From: Azolla caroliniana
Taxonomy: Eukaryota; Plantae; Polypodiophyta
Direction: 5' to 3'
Length of the DNA: 64,000 nt
Assembly (NCBI GenBank): GCA_043228905.1
Contig: JBHGNT010000002.1
Location: forward strand, 28,148,001 to 28,212,000
This document shows, piece after piece, positions 20,126 to 34,581 of this stretch. The translations under genes were made by a program, and so were the position numbers. The notes under the pieces are model-generated. The model was not told the DNA's origin and made no database searches. It saw only the letters and a program-made list of their open reading frames with translations. Positions within the stretch are counted from its first letter, which is position 1. Each line of letters starts with the position of its first letter.

Positions 20126-20578
20126 ATGGCAACATCTGTGGTTGAGGGGGTGGCACCACCAACATTCTTCCCGGACTTGAGAGATAAGGCGGCAATATTC
20201 AACGGCCAAGAAGAATTCAACCTCAAGACGGTCGAGCTTTTCCGAAACATGGGCCTCCCAGAGAAAATGCTACCACTTTGTGACATCGTAGAGGGAGGGT
20301 TTGTTGAAGAAACTGGTTTCTCGTGGATCATTGCACGTTCTGAGCAACAACACCATTTTGTCAAAGCCGATCGACACTGCTCCTATGATGAGGTTGTCAC
20401 TTCAACCATCTCTAAAGGTCGAATGTCCAACATCCATGGTGTAAAAGCTAAGGAGTTAGGCATTTGGGTTCCAGTTAACGAGATTTATGTGGATGAATCT
20501 GATCCTAATGAGAAGAAGCTTGTCTTCAAAAGTATCTTGGGCCTCTCTCGCACCATGGCCTTCCACCTCTTCGAATGA
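20126..20578 (+). CDS. DUF538 family protein, copy 1 (150 aa)
   Basis: MGLP..MLPL.DI.E.GFVEETGFSW, HHF, SYD..V, GVKAKELGIWVPVNEIYVD, FKS.LG.SRT; candidate TATA box near 20062. Confidence 0.9.
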   Translation: MATSVVEGVAPPTFFPDLRDKAAIFNGQEEFNLKTVELFRNMGLPEKMLPLCDIVEGGFVEETGFSWIIARSEQQHHFVKADRHCSYDEVVTSTISKGRMSNIHGVKAKELGIWVPVNEIYVDESDPNEKKLVFKSILGLSRTMAFHLFE

Positions 20579-22149
20579 ATGACCTAATTATTCCTTCTCA
20601 TCCTACGACCTATATTAAGAATATATTTTCATATCCAGCAATCCTCACCCACATGTACACGTCATTGCATAATTTGCATTTACAATGACATGATTCTGTC
20701 ATTATCATTCCTCAATAACAATCATTTCCCTATATTAATGTTTCAAGCATATACTAAGTCACCATGAGTCAAAATATAGGAAGGTTTTCGATATGTATAA
20801 TGCATTGTGTGTTCCTTGAATTTCTAGCACCTGAGTGGTTTTCTTTAGCAATCTTAGTATAATTTTCTTTTCACAATTATAGTAAATTGCTTGTGGATGC
20901 TCTTTTCCTTTATTTAAAGAAACTACCAAATAGTATACAGCAATCGACAATATGTTGGATGTTGTTGAAGTTCATCTAATTTGGCTACACCCCCTTCAAT
21001 GCATCTAGAAGCATTAACACATTAATTTAGGCTTTCACATCATGACATTAAATGAGGAAGATATATCATTTCAATTTGTCTCTGTCATACAATTGGAGTC
21101 ACAAAAATGGGCGCAATTTAAACGAAAAGTACTTGGCTTTCAAACCTTGCAAATCCAACAAACACTCCTACATTCTTCGCGAGACATTGACATCCAAAAT
21201 TATATTAGAGGGTCTAATAGGCTAGAATTGCCTCCATTATTAACATCCATAATAGTACTAATGAAAGCGAGGATGGGGGATTAGAACAAGGTGAAATACT
21301 TCAGAGAACAAAGACACGACTAATACATTGCGTTTCATGAAGATAGGAGGATCCCTTTAAAGCTAGCACGTGCTACAAAATGTTGGACTCTTCATTAAAT
21401 TCATCTTATATTCAAGGTTGTTGTCTCTCTGCATCTATGTTAAGGCATGCTTCATAGAGAAGTTGCATCTTAATGATCCTTTAGACATCCCTCTTTAGTC
21501 CACAAGTCCAAATTGAAATCTCAAACATTGAGAAAGTCAAGGTTGCTCAATTAAACGTATGGATTGTGAAAGTTGTTTTTGCCTAATATTCCTTGTGTTA
21601 TTGGATGTAATCAACATTGGCCTCACTTTAACTCTAGGAAACGTTTAGGCTCAAAATTGGATATCGTAGAAGCATAACTAATTAGCATTTACACATGACC
21701 CTAATGTGAAGGAAAAAAGGGTCTAGCAAGTGTAAGTGGTGCATTTAAGAACCCTGATTTATTTATATGCACATAGCTTAGTGCGGCAATGCAACATATG
21801 GAGATATGACTTACTAGAGTTCTAGGTTCCATAAAGCATTGTTCTATATCACAATGTTTTGTAGCTATCTTTTACCAAGGTTCATCATAGCAACCGTCCT
21901 TCATTGCTTGCACCTATCACGATACTTCAAGTTTGAAAGTCATTGTGAATTGTTATTTTTGTTTCTTATGCACCTATCTTTTACCTAGAGGCTAGGTCCA
22001 CCATAGCAATCGTCCATTGCTTCCATCGATCACGATACTTTAAAGTTTGAAAGTCATTGTGAATTGTTGTTTTCTTTTTTTGACCTTGCTAAAGTACAAT
22101 TGAGAATAGAAGAGAGAAAGAAAGCAAGAAAAATTATTCTTGAGAGAGG

Positions 22150-22527
22150 TTTCTTGACAGAGAATATGACCATAATGGTCAAGATTATATCAATGACATG
22201 CTAGGAGTACAACATGAAAAATGAAGAGATTTTCTGAGATATGGGCCTTCAATACAGTTTTCTTATTGTCAAGGACATCATTAAGAGTAGATGGAAATAA
22301 ATAGATTGTCTTGGTCCATAACACATAACATACTATGCCACCACTTCGTCAAACATCTTGAACAATGATGTTTATTTTTGTAATATTTTGAAAGGTTGTA
22401 TGCCCAAGATTCATGATGTGAAAGCTTGTGGGACTTGGTAAATTGTGATGAACCCAAGGAGAAGAAACTTGTGTTCAAAAACTTCTTGAGTATCACTCAC
22501 ATTGTTGGCTTTCAACTTTTTGAATAA
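22150..22527 (+). pseudogene. DUF538 pseudogene
   Basis: Decayed matches with stops and deletions: MGL...VKDII.S, HHFVK, KG.MPKIHDVKA, KEKKLVFKNFL...FQLFE*. Confidence 0.8.
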
Positions 22528-24973
22528 TGCCACTGCATAGTTTTACCCGATGTATTAGTATTATTATATTATAAACATCTCACATATAGGCCGTAATTTC
22601 ATCCTTAATATTATGTCAATGTCTCTTTTGTCGGGGTTATGCCACGATCCCTTGAACTTGCCTCGTTTTCATTTGTCATTACTACATTGGACCAACTTAT
22701 CATCTTATAGCTCACCACCAAATCCATTGACATTGATCTGAAAACATCTCAATGTCATCAACTTGATCTATTATCATGAGAATCAATGAAGATTTTTCCT
22801 TGCAACATTAATCATTGCTAACGCTATTGGAGCTCTTGTTTTTTATGGTAGCAATAGTTTTTAGTTTTTCTTCATATGGAAAATGGCAATATGAGATTGA
22901 AACACATGTAATTTCCATTATGTGGCCAGAGGTTTAGTAAGGGTGGTTTTCGGTTTTTTGTTCCTTAGGTTAGCAAAGTCTTTCTAGACATATTAATCAT
23001 TGTCTACATTGTTCAAGCTCTTGCCTGTGAATCGTGATGATGACACAAAGCTTTTAAGTTGTATTAAATTTTGGTTCCAATGTTAACACACATGTTTGAA
23101 GGTATGTGATCATAACCTATACATTTTCCATTTTTTGTAATCAATTCTCTAACATGTTGCATGTTGCTATCTTGATTTGCAACTAATTAGTATTTATTAA
23201 CATGTCTTGCATCAATGAATATGAATTAAATGTTGAATGTTTTGGATGCATTACCATGCAAAATATATGTGAGTATGGTGTTGAAAATTTAAAACGTTTT
23301 AGGGTTAATTATTGCTAAAATGAATGGGGGCCATTTAGGACATTGGGTGATGCAAAACTTGTTTTCAACCCATGTAGACAAATTAGGGGAGATCCAACTA
23401 GCATGATATGCTATTGGTGTTTTTATGTGCTTGGCTAAAGTATTTAAAGTTCTAGAAAAGTAAATTCACATACAACTTCAACACACTCGTCGTTCCTATA
23501 TTCCATGCGCATGGGGTTGGTTTTCATGTTTTCTCTCATTTATTAGAAAGGCTTTTAGTATGGAGTCTGGACCACACCTTACTGCCAATGCTTTTCATAC
23601 CTTTCTAAGTTTGTTTTTGGAAATGTCTTTAAATAAACTCTATAAGTCCATAAATATCATGGGTAAGTGAATGAGCAAGTGTATAAATTCTGTCAATGCT
23701 TGCTTTTACCCATTGTGTTAAAACAATTATACTAAATTATTTATTAGTATTCTAATGTTGCATTTATATGTTATACTAGCAACAATGGGCACCATTCCAC
23801 CACTTAGGAGCAACTATATGGAGAAATTTAGTTATTAATTAAATAATGAGGAGTTTGGGGTGCATGAAAAGGTTGCCCATTATGTCAACAAAGAAAACCC
23901 TTATAATCTAGTGAGGGAATATGAATCTAAAGTTCTATGCCAAACAAATGGGGTTGCAAGAGGTCCAAACACAAGCATTGGGAAGACCCAATAGAACATT
24001 AGTATTTGCAATCAAGCCATTGTATGAAATTGAGCCCTAATGTAGGGTCGATTTTTGGTTTTGCCAAACTCTATAGATTTTTTTCTTGAACATCGACCAT
24101 TTGAAAAAGATATTAGTCAAATAAATATGTATAGCAAGCACTTGCTTGGCTATATTCCATTGAAAGCATATCAAAATACACTATATAAAGGATTTTCATA
24201 CATAAATTTCTTATATCACTAGCATTGTAATAATAATCCAAAGGATGAAGATGTATAACATGGGGCATCATGGTAGTGTTAATAGAAAAACCACATATCA
24301 ATAAATAAAAAATGCCAGAAAGATAACTCAAAGCCTTTCTAATTTAGACAACCATTCAAATTGATCCAATGGATCTCAAAACGACTTAGCATAGGTAACA
24401 ACTAAGTTGTGGGAAAAATAAAATCCATGATGTGGTGGGTTCTCGTTGGTGGAAAGATCAAGTGCCAGAGGTGGCAACAAGCTCGTGCTAGATTTCATGA
24501 CGTTCGAATGCATGAACTAGATCTTAATTAAACTAAATCTAAATTAGAAGTTATTAGATGGGTGGATGTGGCCTTCATTTTTTTAAATATATCTATATCT
24601 ATATACATGTGTGTGTGTCGGTTGGTTTGTTTTTTGTGGTAATATTCAAGTTGAGGATTTACGATGTTTCCCAGAGACGAAAAAGGCTTGCCATGTGGCA
24701 TAATGATGAGTCAATCGTATCTAATCATTTGGCATACGGAAATAATGATAAAAGTTAGTAAAAATTAAATAAAAGGAGAAAAGAGAGTAGTTAGGTGATG
24801 GTAGAATAAGAAGTTAGGTAGTTAAGAAGGCTTGAATTCAAGAAGGTGCCATAGAGAGGAAAACGGGGAGGGGGGCATATTGTAGGATCTATAAAAGGGT
24901 GAAGAGGGCAAGAAGAGGAGAGACACACATAGAGAATGTAGAGAGAGAATCTAAATAGAATATTAGTGAGAGT

Positions 24974-25417
24974 ATGGCAGTTGTGGTAGAGGAAATTCCT
25001 GTGTTCTTCCCAGAATTGAGAAAGAAGGCATTAATATTCATCGGCGACACTGAATGTAATGCGAGAACATCTAGGTATTTTAAAGAGATGGATCTCCCTG
25101 AGGGACTTTTACCCCTCAAGGACATCCTTGAAAGCGGATTGGTTGAAGAAACTGGCTTCTCATGGAATGCTTGTCGTAGCAAGCAAAAGCATCACTTTGT
25201 CAAACCTGACCGACATTGCTCATATGATCAGATCATCACATGCACAATCACTAAAGGTCGCATGTCCAATATTCGTGGTGTGAAAGCTAAGGAGCTCGGT
25301 GTTTGGGTTCCACTAAATGAGATCTATGTAGATAATTCAGACCCTAGTGAGAAGAAAGTCGTGTTCAAAAGCTTTTTGGGATTGTCTCGTAGCATGCCCT
25401 TCCACCTCTTTGAATGA
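24974..25417 (+). CDS. DUF538 family protein, copy 2 (147 aa)
   Basis: LPEGLLPLKDILESGLVEETGFSW...GVKAKELGVWVPLNEIYVD...FKSFLGLSRSMPFHLFE; TATAAAAG at 24890. Confidence 0.92.
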   Translation: MAVVVEEIPVFFPELRKKALIFIGDTECNARTSRYFKEMDLPEGLLPLKDILESGLVEETGFSWNACRSKQKHHFVKPDRHCSYDQIITCTITKGRMSNIRGVKAKELGVWVPLNEIYVDNSDPSEKKVVFKSFLGLSRSMPFHLFE

Positions 25418-26329
25418 GAAAACCCCTAGGTTGTAATTTGATAGATTTAGACATTTTGCTTTTTTGGATGTCATAATATTGTGGGCATCTTCTGAGCCCT
25501 CTCCCTAACTTATTGCCATTGAATTGTATTATGATTAAGTAATCATCATATGGCTCACTACCACCACTTTCATCCATATTCATAGTTCAACCCATTGTTA
25601 TGAATCTAACAAGTACACATTCCAACATGATCTTGATCATGTATTCAATGTTTTACCACCATCACCATTGTCACTTGCATTCCCATTGTCGATGTTATGT
25701 CATTTTGTCATTAGCATGATGTTCACAATCCCTTTTTGAATCTATATTGCATATGTTTTTTAATTACCTTGTGCTTGATGAATGCATGTCATATTTTGAT
25801 CCCAAATGTCATGATGTGGTGTTGATATTTTCCCCATTGTATTGATCACAAATATCCCATAATCTATCTCATATTCCTCTAGCTATTTGTCTATGTTAAA
25901 AATTTGCATCAATCAATTATATATAACTCGTAAATAATACAATTCATATATTGACTAAATAAATCATCAAATATCATGATTGAGAATAGCGAGGCACTAT
26001 CAACTTTAGGACCATCATTTTTTATGTTATTGACATGATCATGATATTTTTCTCTAGTGTCATGTATGTGTACTTAAGGTGCTTCTTATAATCAGTTTTC
26101 TTCGCTTGTAAAGAGAAAGACAGTTAAATCAATAGAGAAAGAGAAGGATTGAAGTGGTTTTATCTCACAAGTCTTACTTCCAAAAGAAGAGCTAAGTTTG
26201 AGTCTTGCCAAATAAATTTTGGCAAACAAATATTGTAAGTGGTGTTTCTTTTTACAAATAAATATCTTTGTCGCATCTATCTTGTCATCACACCATCCAC
26301 GAATCACGATTACGCCTTGTCATACCGAT

Positions 26330-26780
26330 TTCTTGGAATTGCGCCCCATTGTGGAGGGATCCCGATTTTAGATGTGTAGATGCAGTTTCTAATGTAGCTG
26401 CATGAGAGCTTTTGCTATTCGCCATGTTGGTTGTGTTTTCATGTACAAGTTCTTTGTAGCCTTTGGGCATCTTTCCGCAACATCTAGGGCGTGGGAAACA
26501 TTCACTTTGAAATGGGGTGGAATGTCAATGTTGCGATTGCAAGGCAACAATATACAATGATGTTATCTCTCGCCGAAATGGCTCTTCCCACCAAGGACTC
26601 CCCCCGTGCGACATCTCCCACCGTCCTTGGACTCCACCATCCTTGGACTGTAGAAGGATTCCTCTACTTTAGAGTTATTAGAAGCCACGAAGCTCTATAG
26701 GAGGCGTGTCCCTTGTACATATGATACCTCCTGTATTTCTTCCTAACTAATGGGTAGAATATTTTTCGGGAAAAAAAGAA
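26330..26780 (+). mobile_element. One or two short L1 LINE 3'-end remnants
   Basis: IQ*CYLSPKWLFPP resembles the C-termini at 28350 and 33800. CTAACTAATGG...TTTTT..AAAAAAA tail. TTCTTTGTAGCCTTTGGGCAT is shared with the 3' UTR of the 33.7-kb LINE. Confidence 0.6.
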
Positions 26781-28061
26781 ACAATCAATGAACTTTAAAT
26801 TAAATTTCAACCTCAACACACATGCACAAATATGTGAAATGACAATTTACTTGGTATTAAATAGTGTAAATGTGTCCAAACCCAATGCAACTATTATTGT
26901 TGGCATACTATTTGACATGATCCTATGAGTCCCTCTTGTTTTTTTTTCCTAAACAAAACTCCGTCCATTGGTTATAAAATTTTACAGCTGCCTCTTGGTT
27001 TTATTTTGAAATAGAGCTACAAAAATTCAATCTCACATTAGTCGTGTCTTCCTTAGCCAATGCTTAAACATTGTTTTAAATGTTGGGAATCCCAAATAAA
27101 GCAATGCATTTGGGGGGGGGGGGTACTTAGCCAAGTCATATATCCATCCTTTTCAAAAGAAAAATAATTTACCTCAAAACTAAAATAATCTACTTATAAA
27201 AGTCAAGTAAGTTTTATTTTTGTCCAAAATAAGTTTCAATGACCACAAATCTATGGTCAAAATCAAGCTCGGGTCATGGCAAGTTGTTTGCTTTCTCTAA
27301 TGCAACATTGTTACCACATATCTCTCCAACATAAGAAGGAAGCTCATTGTCAACCTAAGTAAAGGCTGCAAGTATTGCTTACAATAATTGTTTTAAAAAT
27401 TAATCAAAGTATGAAGGCTCAAAGGAAAATTTTACCTAGAGTCTGAGGAAAAGGTTTCACATTTAGGTCTAAAATTCAATAACAAAACATGTCCATAAAA
27501 GAGAATATGGCTTGTTTTCTGCCTAGATGGAAAGAGAATTTGAAAGACCCAAATAACCATGAACGTTATATTTAGTTTTTCTTCAATAATCATGTTGGTG
27601 ATGTTGAGATCAATCTCAACATGATCACATCATACAATATTGATTACACATGAGGGGTCAATTTGATTCACATACTCATTGGAGGGCAACTCAAGTTCGA
27701 TAATGCCAACATTTGAAAACTTTGATAAAACATCTAATACACACAACATAAAGACTACAAATATAGATTATCGACAACTTGCTCCCTTTCACAAAAACCA
27801 TCTTCATACATATATTACAAAATGCGCCTCATAATTTTAGTTTGCTAACATGAACACTAGTATTTTGCTCCCCAAAGAGCATCTCATTTTAGACCATAAT
27901 CACGACTAATTCCCCCCTAAAACAATGGACTTATAGCAATATAAAGAGTGAATGGTGGCATTGCCCTTTAGAAGGTAACATCAAACTAGATAATTCATAG
28001 GTCAAATTGTACATAGTTAATTAAAGTTTTTGTTGATTAATGTTCGTCAAAGATAACCATA

Positions 28062-29850
28062 TTTTTTCAAAAAAAAAAACTACTTCCATTAGTTAAGCAA
28101 TGTACAAAGGATAATTTACAACTCATATCTTACACGACATCTTGCATGTCAAAGGAAAACAATAAGTGTAGATGAAACACCAAAAAAATAAACAACTCCA
28201 AAGCACCACATCGTTCGATGTGTATAGCATTACTCAGACGCATATTCTCCACGTGAGCCTCATATAAAACAGAATTCAGCATAGATGTCCGCCATTCACT
28301 CCTCATGGCATCACCCATCTAGATGTTCGGTACACTCGGAGGGAACAACCATCGTGGTGGTCGATAATTCCACTTCACTTTACCATCTATTATCTGCAAC
28401 AACGACAAACCGCGCCATTTCAGAAGGAAACGAGCTCTAGCTTCTTCAGTTGCGTCAGATGACCCTTGAAGACTTTCAAACTCTCCTCGCAACGTAGAAA
28501 TAAGATTAAACCAGATCATCATTAAATTCTCAGTCGGTGGGGTTCGTTTACCTGCGAAAGTCTCCTTGCACCTAGATACCCACACTTGCTAGACCGTAAG
28601 GCCGACCACTAATACCCATATGTCCACGTTGCGTTCCTGTAAGAAGAATAAACCTCCTTGCGCTGGTTGCACAGATCCTTGCATCACTTTTAAAGAATGA
28701 TTGTTTCCATTCCACCCTTGAAACCACGAGGCCGATTCAGTGGCCAACCAAGTGATTGCTGCGCTCGATACATGAACCTCAACCCCGAACCGAGCCAAGA
28801 TTCGTAAGCTCCTCAGCCAAATTTCTTGCGCTCGTGGGCAACACCACAAACAATGAGCGATGTCCTCCAAGCTCGCACTACAGGCCTTGCAGCCACTCAT
28901 GCCGCCTCTATTCCCAAGCCACTCTCCCGTTGGAACAACCCGATGGGTGATAAACTAGAAAAATACTTTGATCCGCTCGGGAAGGGATGAGTTCCATATC
29001 CTGCTCCTGGTTCTATCCACGAAGACTGAATCAATAGATGCATGGGTCCACTTGTTGGCACACTTCTCACGATACGAACCTAGCTTCCTCCCCAAGCGCG
29101 TCGAGTATTCGAAGAAACCTAATGATTTATCTTGTTCTCCCTTCCACGTATATTCAACAGGATCCCATTCTACGTGCTCGAGAGGCTTGCCTTCAACCAC
29201 GTACAAGATCCAGTCCTCCTCAACCTCTTCGACTGGTGGATTCACCTTCCATTTCTTTCCGTCTCTTGCCACAATTCTAATCGGGTACCAGCCTGCACTT
29301 TCATCTAATAATCCCATTTGGACAGTCTTCCCATTCTTTCTTAGACCCCTGACATTGATAATTTTTCCGGTATCATCACATTGTCCGGACCATTCACCCT
29401 CTTCCTCATTACCAATAGGAAGTGAGGAGACAGCTGTATTGACTACGTCAAGCATCTTTCTACCATTTCTGACCTTTCCCATGTCTTCATATAATTGATC
29501 ACGATTATTGCCGGACAACCGCATCCAATCAGCCACTGAGTGTATACCTAGACAATACAATGTAGCCCACGACATGCGCTTGCTTTGTCCAAGCATCGTT
29601 CCTTCTGGCGATTGTACGGTCTCATTCCACAATAAGGGTTGGCGCATCCATTCAACACTAGTACTTGGACGATTCCAACTTAGATGCCCTTGGAGCACAC
29701 TTCACGCCTACATCACTAACATACAAGTACGATCAGCCAACCGGTTAGATTTCCTCAACTTTAAGTCCATACAAAAAGGCCATGCTTTGTGTGACTTCCA
29801 TTGCCCACCCAGTCTTGGACTCCAGAGAATGCTCCTATTATGTATCAATG
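28062..29850 (-). mobile_element. 5'-truncated L1-clade LINE (ORF2 C-terminal part, decayed)
   Basis: ORF pieces with RIWNSSLPERIKVF, zf-RVT-type CKAC...EDIAHCLWCCPRAQEIW, and terminal WNYRPPRWLFPP; family 3' motif CTTAACTAATGGAAGTAG. Confidence 0.85.
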
Positions 29851-29946
29851 TTTAGTGCTTTGAGTAGTATGCATAGGAACGCATAAAAGGTTACTCATAT
29901 TTAGTGCTTTGAGTAGTATGCATAGGAACGCATAAAAGGTTACTCA
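29851..29946. repeat. 49-bp-period tandem duplication at the LINE truncation point
   Basis: TTTAGTGCTTTGAGTAGTATGCATAGGAACGCATAAAAGGTTACTCA at 29851 and 29900. Confidence 0.9.
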
Positions 29947-31645
29947 GAAAGGGGCTCAAACAAGTTGACCTAATGATCAAAGGACTCAATAACTACAACT
30001 TGATATAAAAGCCAAAACTCTCTACGTTAAAAAGATATGTCTTAAATGTCTTCCTCATATTTTAATGACTCTTGTCTTTAAAGTTACACCATGTTTTAAG
30101 TTTTTGATTGCCATGAATAACTAGATAAGAATGTTTATAGCATCTAAGATTAGAACCAATAAACTATTTCCTTCTTCCGTTTCTTTAAAGAACAAGAAGC
30201 AAGGGTTTACATTAGTGTACAAAAGTTCTATCCAAAAGGATATTTCAAGCATAAAGTAATGAAATATACAAACACCATTTGTTAGATATGTGTGGAAACA
30301 CTAGGAAGAGCCCTCCAAGAGAAACAATCAAGGGGGGCATGAACAACCATATAAGTTTGATCAAAGGGACCACAACAAAAGTTTATATACAAGGAAATCA
30401 AAAGAAAGGTGAGAGTGAGTCGTGACCCCAAGCAACGAGATAGGCCTACCCCCTTTTCCTAATAGATCTACATTTTCGTTATTTGAACACCCATTAGTGT
30501 ATCAATACCTACCTTAAAGCATAAGTACACGCAATTAGTTCACAACTTATTCTCAATGTTGGTTTTATTTTATGTACATGTGATTAATATAAGCTGATTT
30601 CATTATTAGTTACTTAGTTGTACAAATTTAAGGCCACATTAAGTAGGAAAATTTGATCCCTTTAGAAATGTGAACGGCTTTTTGGTAATTTGGATTGCAT
30701 AATTATAGTGGTAATGCTTAATATACTCTCTAAAGCTCACACAATTGCAAAAAACTCGGATATGTGTCACGGCAACTAACATGTTAACGACGTTGAGATG
30801 TCTAACTAGATGAGATCTCTCTCCCTTTTTTCTTTTTATTTGGTAAAAAGTGAAGCTTTCCAACAAATATTTATATATTGTTATCTTGTCTATCCTAAAT
30901 TTTTTGTAATAAAATGGAACTTATATCTTAAAGACATTTGTCTCTAATATATCTGTGAATTTATGATATAAAGTCAAACTAACTGGTAAGTTTATTTGCT
31001 GCATCCTAAAAAATAAGCTTCCTATAAAGGTTAAGGATCCACAATCACACTAATGCAAGATTCTTGTTTTTTCATAAAATCAATTTCTACAATGGAACAA
31101 AACTCTAATAATAAAAAGCAAGACTAGTAGGCTATATGCAACAAAAAGAAATCGTATATAAGGCCCATAACAATGGTAGAAAAGACTCAGAATTTGGTGT
31201 GTTTATGTTTTGAAATTTTGAAAACAAATATTTGAAACCTGGTTTGCTCCTACCATTTGAACCTCTTCGCACACCATGAAAGGAAAATTTGTGGTTTATG
31301 AGAATCCTATAGCATGTGACAAACAATATATTCACAAATGAGACTTGAAATTGAACAACACTTCAGAATTGAACATACGGTGCAAGTGACATTGGAATAT
31401 TATAATGAATAGTAATATTAAAGATCTATTAAACAAGTGGCACATGAATCAAACACGATTTAGTAAATTAGGTGGTTTTAATGCTACAAAGAGTAGATGG
31501 ATGGGTGGCAAAAAAGGGAAACATTGAAGGCATGGTGGGTGACAAATGCCATCGATAAAAGGGGCTCTAAGATCCACCAAAGTTAAAACACAAGAGGCAT
31601 AGAGAGTGGGAGTGTGAGAGAAAGACAACAAGAAGAGAGTGAGAT

Positions 31646-32086
31646 ATGGGAGAGGTAGAGGAAGCAACACCATTCTTTGCTCATTTGAGAGATACATCCC
31701 TAATATTTCAAGGCGATGAAGAATGTATTCCTAAATCCATCGAGCTTTTTACAACGATGGGCCTCCCGAAGTCTCTTCTACCCCTCAAGGACATAGTTGA
31801 GACTGGATGGGATGAAGCATCTGGCTTCTCTTGGACAATCACACGCGGTGAACAACAACACCATTTCGTCAAAGCCGATCGTCATTGCGCCTATGACGAG
31901 GTTGTCACAGCCACCATCACCGAAGGTCGTATGACCAATATAAGTGGTGTGAAAGCAAAGGAGTTGGGCATATATGTCCCAGTAAATGAGATCTATGTCG
32001 ATAACTCTAACCCTGATGAAAAGAAACTCGTGTTCAAAAGCATCCTAGGACTCTCTCGCACCATGCCCTTTGACCTCTTTGAGTGA
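31646..32086 (+). CDS. DUF538 family protein, copy 3 (146 aa)
   Basis: MGLPKSLLPLKDIVETGWDEASGFSW...GVKAKELGIYVPVNEIYVD...SRTMPFDLFE. Confidence 0.92.
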   Translation: MGEVEEATPFFAHLRDTSLIFQGDEECIPKSIELFTTMGLPKSLLPLKDIVETGWDEASGFSWTITRGEQQHHFVKADRHCAYDEVVTATITEGRMTNISGVKAKELGIYVPVNEIYVDNSNPDEKKLVFKSILGLSRTMPFDLFE

Positions 32087-33245
32087 ATGCCCATCTTCAA
32101 TGTACTATGGTGAAGCTATTGATGTTCCACTCTTTGCATTGCGATATTGTGTAATCATCACATAGTTCATCACCTCTTCATTGTAACTCCTTCCCATTAC
32201 ATGCAATCTCATCGCCAACATCCATCATCATCAAACAATATCATTGCTCTAAACATCATTCCCACAATCATTGGTGTTCCTTTGCATCAATTTGTTTCTA
32301 TATTGTCCTTGCCAATAATGTATTGTCAACTTTCATAATATCCATTATTTTTCATGCTATATTTGCAATTGGTGAATTCATCAATCTATTTTGTGATTTC
32401 AGTTATTACCTCCATGAAATAACCTTTTTCCACATTTCAATAACTTCAATAAGGCTTAATAATCTTGAAATGATTTGTTTTATTTCGTACTTGGTTCTAC
32501 TTTAATTTTGCAAAATGTCTGTATCTCTTTTTCTCATTTTAGTTTTAATCGGTTTTTCTTCACAAGTTCTAACCACTTGTCAAATATGGTCACTACTTTT
32601 GATCAATCATTACTTTGAGGACTTTTTTGATAAATTTGCATGAGCATCTTAACACATCAATAGGCCACTACGTTTGAGCAATCATTACTTCCTAGACTTT
32701 TAACTTTTACTAGGTTGCGTTGATAAATTTGCGTGAAATTTGAACATGTTAACACATCAATAAGTTGTCGTACAACGACTCTACAACCATTAAGAGTTGC
32801 ATATACAATTTACTTTCTTGGTCCACCCTTTCCCTCATATGTTTGTTATATCAAAAATGATTTTGGGTAAATAGAGATGGTATCAACAATGGTGGTGGAT
32901 ATATTATCATTTATTATTTTAAAATAAAGCTATAAGTGGTATACACAAGTTTTGGATGGAAGATGCAATGTTATGATTTCGTAACAATTCTTCTTGTCAT
33001 TCTAAAGAATATTGAATGTTGGGTGGATCTACCAATATTGTTAGTGACTTAGACTTTCGAGCACACATTTATGGTCCATATTTTGTATACTAGTAAACTA
33101 TGTTTCTACAATGATTACTATTTTCCACGGGCATGTCCAAGAGTTGTCATAGCAGGAAACATCACATTTTCATTTTTGTCTTGCTTACATTTGTGCTTCT
33201 CCATTCAAGGAGCTTATTGGTTGAATAATCGGTATTGGTTTGGTT

Positions 33246-33458
33246 GTTCAATGTCAATATTTCCTCTCTCCATGCCCACTATCGTCCAAGAATTCCAATT
33301 TTTTGACTTCCATTAGTGTTACTGAATTCTGATGATTTCTAAATTAGTGCCTCGATAATTTGTACTAGTTTGATTGTTCGGTGTCAATATCTCCTCTCTC
33401 CATGCCCACTATCGTCCAAGAATTCCGATTTGTTGCCTTCCATTAGTGTTACTGAATT
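33246..33458. repeat. Two-copy direct repeat, about 130-bp period
   Basis: TCCTCTCTCCATGCCCACTATCGTCCAAGAATTCC...TTCCATTAGTGTTACTGAATT occurs twice. Confidence 0.8.
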
Positions 33459-33546
33459 TCTGTGTATTTCCATCGATTGTTAATGTTGTTGGCTTTCACT
33501 TTGTTGTCTTAAGGAGACATGTTGAGCTTTTGTAGCTTATCCACTA

Positions 33547-34205
33547 TTTTTTTTCTCTTTTAAATTTATTTATTTATTTATTATTATTTAAAATTTTTAA
33601 ATTTAAATTTAAATTTTAAATTTATTATTATTATTATTTTAATTTTTTTATTGTTTGAAGTCAAGATTCACCTTGTTATTAATGAAATGCCCAAAGGCTA
33701 CAAAGAATCCATACAATAAATTATAACCTTGCTACATACATCAATCAACATGTCTAGTAGCGGAAACCCTCATGCATGGTCCTTCCAAGACAGGGGGCAA
33801 AAAAAGCCATCTTGGTGGAGCATATCTCCACTTTATTCGGTCCCCAAAAAAGGTGAAGACATTTGCTTTTTTTCCAAATTTCTCGAAAATGTTGTTGCTT
33901 GCGAAACACAACATTAGGCTCACTAGGTATTGCCTCATATTGACCTCTTAGAGTATGCATGAGCATCAACCATATCTCCTTGACTAACTCGACCGCATTC
34001 TGTTTGACTTTCTTAAATACACACTTACATCTTGCCTTCCATAATACCCAAATTACGAAAAACTATATTGTAGGCCAAACCTTGTCCTCTTCCAAACAAT
34101 GGATTGGTGTAGTATAAGAGGCCTCCAATACATGTCTTCCATCAGAGAGGAGAAGAAAATCAACATAGTTCCTTTCATAATTTTGTATTTCTTCAGCCAA
34201 CCTTC
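33547..34205 (-). mobile_element. L1 LINE 3' fragment with A/TAA-rich tail
   Basis: WVLLWKARCK-like segment and IKWRYAPPRWLFLPP C-terminus; T-rich tract at 33547-33650 on the plus strand. Confidence 0.7.
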
Positions 34206-34581
34206 TGTCACGGATGAACAATTGGAGATAAAGAGATGGGGAAGTTGATGAGATAGGGAGATCGAGAAGTTGACGACAATGAGTAAAAATATCTATTCCA
34301 TGAATGGTGTTGATCTCCTTGATGTTAACAAGGGAGATAAACTCTTTTTATACATGTAGTGATGCATTGTAAGCATGCTCATGCCAAGTCTTATATACTA
34401 TAATATCAAGCATACTAATTCTTGCATGCCAAGTCTTACATACTGAGTCTTACATACTGGGTCTTACATATTGAGTCTTACATACCACTCTTTATACAAA
34501 GGTTTGAAGTCTAAAGTTTTTCTAGGAAAAATATGTACATACAAGGGCCTAAGGTTCACATTCGAGTCGATGTTCATGACA
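34206..34581 (-). mobile_element. LTR (TGTCA...TGACA) abutting the truncated Ty3 integrase
   Basis: Terminal inverted pentamers TGTCA/TGACA; internal TCTTACATAC repeats; no TSD. Confidence 0.6.
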